Part shown: positions 40,881 through 45,834 of the stretch, one piece after another | Numbering within the stretch: the first letter of the stretch is position 1 | How the letters are laid out: the number at the start of each line of letters is the position of its first letter | IMG/VR virus record: IMGVR_UViG_3300045988_134072 | Coordinates: 1 to 45,834 of that record | DNA: 45,834 bases | DNA from: a virus | Reading direction: 5' to 3' (one strand) | Made by a program: the position numbers and the translations under genes | The notes under the pieces: generated by a model | What the model was told of the DNA's origin: nothing | What the model saw: the letters and a program-made list of their open reading frames with translations, nothing else | Database searches by the model: none

Positions 40881-42374
40881 TTAAAGAGTAGACAAATCAT
40901 CAGGCTCACCCTCAACGGGCGTCACAGGCCCATCTAGAGCATCCCGCGCGCCCATCACGCTAAACCCCTGAACAGCCGCACCAAAATCAGAACCCAACCG
41001 CTCCGACGTCGCCAACTCATCCCACCGATCCAACTGAACCGGCGACACGCCAGGCACCATCTCCCACAAACCACGAGACGGCACCCCAATCTCCCGCAAT
41101 TTTGACAACGCATCCGCCGTCTGAGACAAAGCAGCCGACTCCAAATCACGCCACAACACCTCGTTATGCTCCCACTGGTCGCGCTCCGCGCGACCCTCTA
41201 GCACCATACCAACACGCAGCGTCCGCTCCCACGACTCGCCAAACTGAGTCCGGTACAACTCCAACTTACGGCGGAACGACTTCTCCGCCGCATTCAACGC
41301 ATCCGCCGACAAGTTAGCCATCTGACCCAACAGGAAGTTAGGAGGCGTCTGCGAAATCGCACTGAAATCCTTAATCAGCGCATCCATGGCTGCGATATAC
41401 CCCGACTGGTCGCCAACCGGGAGGGAACCGAACTTGCCATCCGGCGATGAGTTGACTAGGAAGTCACCAGGCCCCGCCGCAATCGGCTGCCTCACAACCC
41501 CACCATCCGCACCAACAACCGGCATCCCCTTCTCATCCACCGCGACCGCAGGCTCCAAACCCGTCGCCCACAGAACACGATGCGCACCGTGCGACTGCTC
41601 CAACAACAGGTTAAACAGCATCTGATTGAACGAGTCCTGCCAGTGCTTCAACGGGAGGACCGCGCCCTGCACGCGCCCCTCATCATCCATCTGCGACACG
41701 AACCGCGTCACCGGGCAATGACCGTTCCCACCATGCGCAACCCCGGCACCAATAACCGGGTCGTCACCACCGTTAGGCAGAACGACGTCGTAACGGTTGT
41801 AACGATCCCACGCCACAGCCAAACCCGACTTAGAGCGCCCATCCGGCCCAAAGCCCGGATACCGCATAACCGACAACGCCAACACCGCATTATCGTCCGA
41901 CAGAGCATCCTCAAACAGACAAACGGTGCGCAATGCCGACAGGACACGCACATACGCCCGATCACCCTCGCCGCGCTCCACCACCGTGAACGCCTGACCG
42001 TACGCCACCGCCGACCGGTGCACCTGCGCCTGCTTAGCATCAAGATTCGACCGCTGCCACAAGTCCCACTCGGGAGTCTCAGACGAACGCTCGCCACCTG
42101 CTCTCTGATCCCCCGAGCGGAACCCATCAACCGCCAACGCCTGCGTCGCAGCATTCACCGGAATCTCACACCAATTCTGACGAGCACGCCTCATCATCGC
42201 CTTATGCTCAGGCAACATGCCCTTGGGCGAGTACGGGTCATCGAAATCACCGCGCAAATACGCGTCGGCAACCTGCAGGCCACCCTCCCAGTCACGACGC
42301 AACACCCGCAAGCCCTCACCCACGAGAGCTTCCAGAGAATCGCTAGCATCAATAATCGCCGCCAAACACATCAC
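40881..42374 (-). CDS. portal protein
   Basis: 497 aa, immediately downstream of the large terminase. Confidence 0.9.
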   Translation of the reverse strand: MMCLAAIIDASDSLEALVGEGLRVLRRDWEGGLQVADAYLRGDFDDPYSPKGMLPEHKAMMRRARQNWCEIPVNAATQALAVDGFRSGDQRAGGERSSETPEWDLWQRSNLDAKQAQVHRSAVAYGQAFTVVERGEGDRAYVRVLSALRTVCLFEDALSDDNAVLALSVMRYPGFGPDGRSKSGLAVAWDRYNRYDVVLPNGGDDPVIGAGVAHGGNGHCPVTRFVSQMDDEGRVQGAVLPLKHWQDSFNQMLFNLLLEQSHGAHRVLWATGLEPAVAVDEKGMPVVGADGGVVRQPIAAGPGDFLVNSSPDGKFGSLPVGDQSGYIAAMDALIKDFSAISQTPPNFLLGQMANLSADALNAAEKSFRRKLELYRTQFGESWERTLRVGMVLEGRAERDQWEHNEVLWRDLESAALSQTADALSKLREIGVPSRGLWEMVPGVSPVQLDRWDELATSERLGSDFGAAVQGFSVMGARDALDGPVTPVEGEPDDLSTL

Positions 42375-42379
42375 CCCTA

Positions 42380-44104
42380 CTAGAACCGGAAGAACGACCC
42401 CCCGGCCTTCGCAACCGGCCTCGACGCCATCTCCGTCTGATAGTCCCTATAAGCCCCAAACGCGAGCATTGCCGCCGCGTACATGTCGATCTTCTTTTTC
42501 GATTCACGACCGGCCTTCATAAACGACACGCCATACGGCGTATCCTTACGCAACACATTCAACACATGACGACGGAACGACGCCGCCAACTCGCGCGAAC
42601 CACCATGCGACACCTTACCGTCAAGAATCGCCGCCATAAACGCCTCATGCAAGTTCACCGTCCGCTTACGAGAACCACGCATATCCCACGCAATCGGACC
42701 CCGGTCCGACGCGCGAGCCACAAGCCGCTCACCATAATCCAGCGTCCACTCATGAATGTACGACTCCCACAACGCAACGTCCGCATAGAACCCAACGACG
42801 TCGTAATCACGGAAGCAACGGTGGACCATCGAGTCCACGCGTTCACGGTCAACCTCCCAGTCGCCCGCAAGGTCCAGAGGCTTCTCATCCAACAACAGGG
42901 GAACCATCAAACCATCCGACACGCGAATAGCCACCAGCGCCGTAGAGTCATCAGACTTACCGCCGTCGAACCCGAGCACGATCCTGTCACCCGGCTCCAA
43001 CGTCGCCTTACGCTCAATACGCTTCCACTCAGCCGACGAGAACAAATTACCCTCAGGCTGCCACACCTGATTCAAGTACATGCGACGCGACTCCGACGTC
43101 GGACGCGACGGATTCAACACCGACCGCCACGCCTCATCAGCATCACACCACACCGAATCCCCACGCACAGCGTTATACAAAACCTTGAACACGCGCTCAT
43201 CCAACGGCGTATCATCCGGGGCCTCCAACGAGTCATAGAAAACATCGTTATCCGTCGTCAGCCCCTCCAACGTCCTCATGTACGCCTCGCGGTCATTCTC
43301 AGCAACACTACCCTCGCCAGGCTTGTAGGCGTTAGTGATAGCGAGGTAACGGGCCTTCATCTTCGTCGTATTGCCCTCAACCGTATTCTTCAACTGCTGC
43401 CCATTATTCTGAGGCAACCAGTGTTGCGTCTCGTTTAGCAGTGCAAAAGTACAACGGTTGCCCTCCGTCGAACGGAACGATGACGTCTTAACCTCAATAC
43501 GCGCCGTGTTGTTACAACCACGCACAATCTGCAAACGCACATCCACGCCATACTTCGCACGCAACCGGTCACCAACAAGCACATGGAACATATCGAACGT
43601 ATTGCTCGTTTGCTCCTGCTTCAACGCGAAAATCTGCACCAACGCCTGCGGACACCTACGCCCAACAGGCTCACCATCCGAACCCCAACCAGCAAACCTC
43701 GACGGACCAAACGCCTCCACCAAACACAGAACAGCAAGCAACGGGTCCTTACCCCAACCCTTAATCCGCTGCAAAACACCACGACGTCGGTAAATGAACT
43801 TACCCTCATCATCAACCGCATACCACCACAACACGATACGCAACTGCTCAAGCGTAAACTCAAAAACATCCTGGTCCGCGCCCAACGGCTCCAAGTAATC
43901 CGAACACCACCGGGCAATCTCCCAACCCAACGTATGCTCAGGCAACACAAACCGGCCATCCTCGCCACGCTCCCACGTCGGCCCATAATGCACCGGCGCG
44001 AAACGCTCAAGAATCTCCGCGTCAGACAAACCATCATAGGGACCCGCAGGGGGTGTCCCAGCCTTATCAACATCGACCAAAACCAGGACACCCCCCAACC
44101 CCAT
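42380..44104 (-). CDS. terL: terminase large subunit
   Basis: 575 aa from ATG 44104. The ORF-track N-terminal extension to 44509 runs through a tRNA gene and was trimmed. Confidence 0.9.
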   Translation of the reverse strand: MGLGGVLVLVDVDKAGTPPAGPYDGLSDAEILERFAPVHYGPTWERGEDGRFVLPEHTLGWEIARWCSDYLEPLGADQDVFEFTLEQLRIVLWWYAVDDEGKFIYRRRGVLQRIKGWGKDPLLAVLCLVEAFGPSRFAGWGSDGEPVGRRCPQALVQIFALKQEQTSNTFDMFHVLVGDRLRAKYGVDVRLQIVRGCNNTARIEVKTSSFRSTEGNRCTFALLNETQHWLPQNNGQQLKNTVEGNTTKMKARYLAITNAYKPGEGSVAENDREAYMRTLEGLTTDNDVFYDSLEAPDDTPLDERVFKVLYNAVRGDSVWCDADEAWRSVLNPSRPTSESRRMYLNQVWQPEGNLFSSAEWKRIERKATLEPGDRIVLGFDGGKSDDSTALVAIRVSDGLMVPLLLDEKPLDLAGDWEVDRERVDSMVHRCFRDYDVVGFYADVALWESYIHEWTLDYGERLVARASDRGPIAWDMRGSRKRTVNLHEAFMAAILDGKVSHGGSRELAASFRRHVLNVLRKDTPYGVSFMKAGRESKKKIDMYAAAMLAFGAYRDYQTEMASRPVAKAGGSFFRF

Positions 44105-44114
44105 CAACACACAG

Positions 44115-44200
44115 TACCCGTGGCGGGACTCGAACCCGCACGCCCCCCTGGGGCGCCACATTTTGAGTGTGGTGTGTCTACCTAATTCCACCACACGGGC
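44115..44200 (-). tRNA. tRNA-Leu(CAA), class II, no encoded CCA
   Basis: Hand fold: acceptor gcccgtg/cacgggt (G1-U72), 3-bp D stem with a GG loop, anticodon arm ccaca-cuCAAaa-tgtgg (anticodon at 44163-44165), long variable arm cgcccc/ggggcg, T arm gcggg-ttcgagt-cccgc. Confidence 0.85.
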
Positions 44201-44488
44201 CAAAGATGAACCCCCCAGCGCAAACCGCCAGGGGGGTGGCCGCGAGGCGAACCCCGCTACCACTACCAAGAAAATGCCCCCGCCGTATAGCCGTCGTGCT
44301 CGCGCGCCACGCCGCGACCCAAGGCCGCGACTCGCCGTTTCAGCGTACGGGGGCCACCAAAATCCCAACCAACCCCACACAGGGGCGGAAAGGAACAAAG
44401 AATCTCCAACCCACTCCACGCAAACGCGCGGGCGGGTTGAAAACAGCCCCGCCACCCCACACGAGGCAACGAGGGAATACCAGAACTC

Positions 44489-44525
44489 CGGCCCGAACCC
44501 ACACCCCATTGTGTAGGCCGGGCCG
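44489..44525 (-). other. long imperfect hairpin downstream of the redoxin gene
   Basis: About 15 bp of pairing on the - strand (cggcccggcctacac...gtgtgggttcgggccg). No clear U-run follows. Confidence 0.3.
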
Positions 44526-44547
44526 AATTAGCCACCGGGAACAACCT

Positions 44548-44793
44548 CTAAGCGGCTGCCTCAGCGGCAATAACCTCACGCAACCGCGTGAAATTAAAAC
44601 CACCAAACCACGACCCCACATCACCCGTAGGAGCCACAACCGGCATCGCACCAAACCCATACTCGACCAACATGTCACGAGCCTCAGAATCAACACTCAC
44701 GTCAACCGTCTCATACGAGACACCCGCCTTATCCAACGCCCGCTTAGTCGCAACACAAGCACCACAACCAGGCTTAGAATAAACAACAACCAC
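44548..44793 (-). CDS. NrdH/glutaredoxin-like redoxin
   Basis: VYSKPGCGACVATKRALDKAGVSYETVDV (CxxC thioredoxin fold). GTG 44793 is the chosen start; the ORF is open to TTG 44811. Confidence 0.7.
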   Translation of the reverse strand: MVVVYSKPGCGACVATKRALDKAGVSYETVDVSVDSEARDMLVEYGFGAMPVVAPTGDVGSWFGGFNFTRLREVIAAEAAA

Positions 44794-44811
44794 AACAACC
44801 CCACAAATCAA

Positions 44812-45351
44812 CTACACCGACCGCAAACGCTCACGGTAACTATCAATCACACTCACCGACGCCGGAACCACATCAGACTCATCAGGCCGCAACTCAATAC
44901 CAGCCCTACGACGCTCCGACTCCGACATCCCCAACTTACCCAACTCCATGTAAATCGTCGCCAAACGCTGCGACGACGGATCACGTAACAACGGCGGACG
45001 ATCACGCGTAAACCCACGCGCCTCACGCTCCGCAGGCTTCAACGACGCCGCCTCAGCATCCCAACCCGCACGCAACGCACGAGCACGCACAGCCTCATCC
45101 TGCTGACGCTTATACGCCGACAAATCCTCACACAACGAATAAGCCATCTCCCAGTCCGTCTGCTGGAACCAGAAAGACTGACCAGACAACTCAATAGCCT
45201 CATACATGCGCTTAGCAGTCGGATGCCACTTACGATCCGCCTTACGAGGCGACACCGACATCAACACGCCACCAGTCACATGCTGCGTCCGCGACGGACG
45301 CTGATCCACCAACTCATCCCGACGCGCAGGCACAGGACCACTACGAGCCAT
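44812..45351 (-). CDS. terS: terminase small subunit
   Basis: N-terminal GPVPARRDELVDQRP and the WHPTAKRMYEAI...W pattern. Lies upstream of terL. Confidence 0.75.
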   Translation of the reverse strand: MARSGPVPARRDELVDQRPSRTQHVTGGVLMSVSPRKADRKWHPTAKRMYEAIELSGQSFWFQQTDWEMAYSLCEDLSAYKRQQDEAVRARALRAGWDAEAASLKPAEREARGFTRDRPPLLRDPSSQRLATIYMELGKLGMSESERRRAGIELRPDESDVVPASVSVIDSYRERLRSV

Positions 45352-45676
45352 TCACACCACCCCCACGCAAACCAGGATGCGGCTCCACCCTACGGAACCG
45401 ACCAGCAACCTCACGACGCATACGCGCCAACGCCACATGCCCCTCACGCGCCGACTTCAACGCATGATGCTCACGACACAACGCCCGCAAATTACCAAAC
45501 GAATCATCATCACCCGGAACAATATGATCAACATCCGTAGCCGGAGCCCCACACACCGACACAGCGTCAACCTTCCACTGACAACAACCGCCATCGCGAG
45601 CCAACACCGCACGCCGCCTAGACGCCCAATCAGACGGCAACCGACGCCGCCGAACTGAATCACGCGCCCAAGCCAC
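45341..45676 (-). CDS. HNH endonuclease (packaging-associated)
   Basis: LPSDWASRRRAVLARDGGCCQ...DVDHIVP...NLRALCREHHALKS. The start is uncertain: GTG 45676 or 45685, with the ORF open to TTG 45784. Confidence 0.8.
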   Translation of the reverse strand: MAWARDSVRRRRLPSDWASRRRAVLARDGGCCQWKVDAVSVCGAPATDVDHIVPGDDDSFGNLRALCREHHALKSAREGHVALARMRREVAGRFRRVEPHPGLRGGGVNGS

Positions 45677-45780
45677 AACAACCACCAACCAACAACGATT
45701 AAGCCCCGACCGAGGTCCGACCCAGATCCACCAAGCCGCTAATATACTCGACGCCGAGGCAACGACAACAAAAACAATAA

Positions 45781-45834
45781 CCAATTACGCCTTAAGACTT
45801 AAAGCAACGACAGAACTAAGATCAATACCAATTA
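45781..45834. repeat. right-end repeat block (45781..45818 = 18..55; 45811..45834 = 1..24)
   Basis: Joining the ends and collapsing the 24-bp overlap gives about 1.8 tandem copies of the 47-bp unit ccaattacgccttaagacttaaagcaacgacagaactaagatcaata. Confidence 0.85.

Noticed and set aside
44201-44270. Possible second tRNA-like element just upstream of tRNA-Leu on the - strand (ggtagtggtagcggggttcgcctcgcgg)
   Set aside because: The T-loop lacks the conserved A58-equivalent, the T stem gives at best 4 bp with an 8-nt loop, and no acceptor pairing could be found.
44105-44509. N-terminal 135-codon extension of the terL ORF
   Set aside because: It reads straight through a well-folding tRNA-Leu gene and GC-rich non-coding DNA. 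The terminase-like sequence only begins at ATG 44104.

Overview
The window reads as a complete or near-complete ~45.8-kb genome of a temperate, high-GC, long-tailed (siphovirus-type) phage or prophage of a Gram-positive, Actinomycetota-like host. The two ends share an identical 24-bp sequence, and an AT-rich, repeat-dense block contrasts sharply with the GC-rich remainder. The layout has four parts. (1) 1-1266 has no credible ORF; it holds AT-rich tandem repeats, short dispersed repeats, a G-tract cluster and GC hairpins. (2) 1267-15046 is a + strand arm of about 31 small genes ending in a tyrosine integrase. (3) 15047-15295 is a convergence zone with a - strand terminator. (4) 15296-45784 is one tightly packed - strand arm. 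Read 5' to 3' on the - strand it runs: HNH endonuclease, small terminase, NrdH-like redoxin, tRNA-Leu(CAA), large terminase, portal, MuF-like protein, scaffold, major capsid, connector proteins, major tail protein, G/T chaperones, a 1737-aa tape measure, tail tip and fibre proteins, amidase endolysin, holin, then replication and recombination genes (exonuclease, Cas4-like nuclease, SSB-like protein, DnaB-like ATPase, resolvase, split primase, sigma-like HTH). The most unusual content is in the + strand arm. Eight intergenic tRNA-like elements sit upstream of eight consecutive gene units. Six of them are ~50-nt tRNA 'top halves': acceptor stem, D-loop-like GG motif and canonical T arm, with no anticodon arm and clear compensatory base changes between copies. 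Most are followed by a conserved hairpin and a conserved purine-rich leader. Further right lies a tandem array of twelve diverged paralogs of one small protein family, plus a four-member and a two-member paralog family. All product calls rest on motifs I recognised in the supplied translations. No database search was possible.
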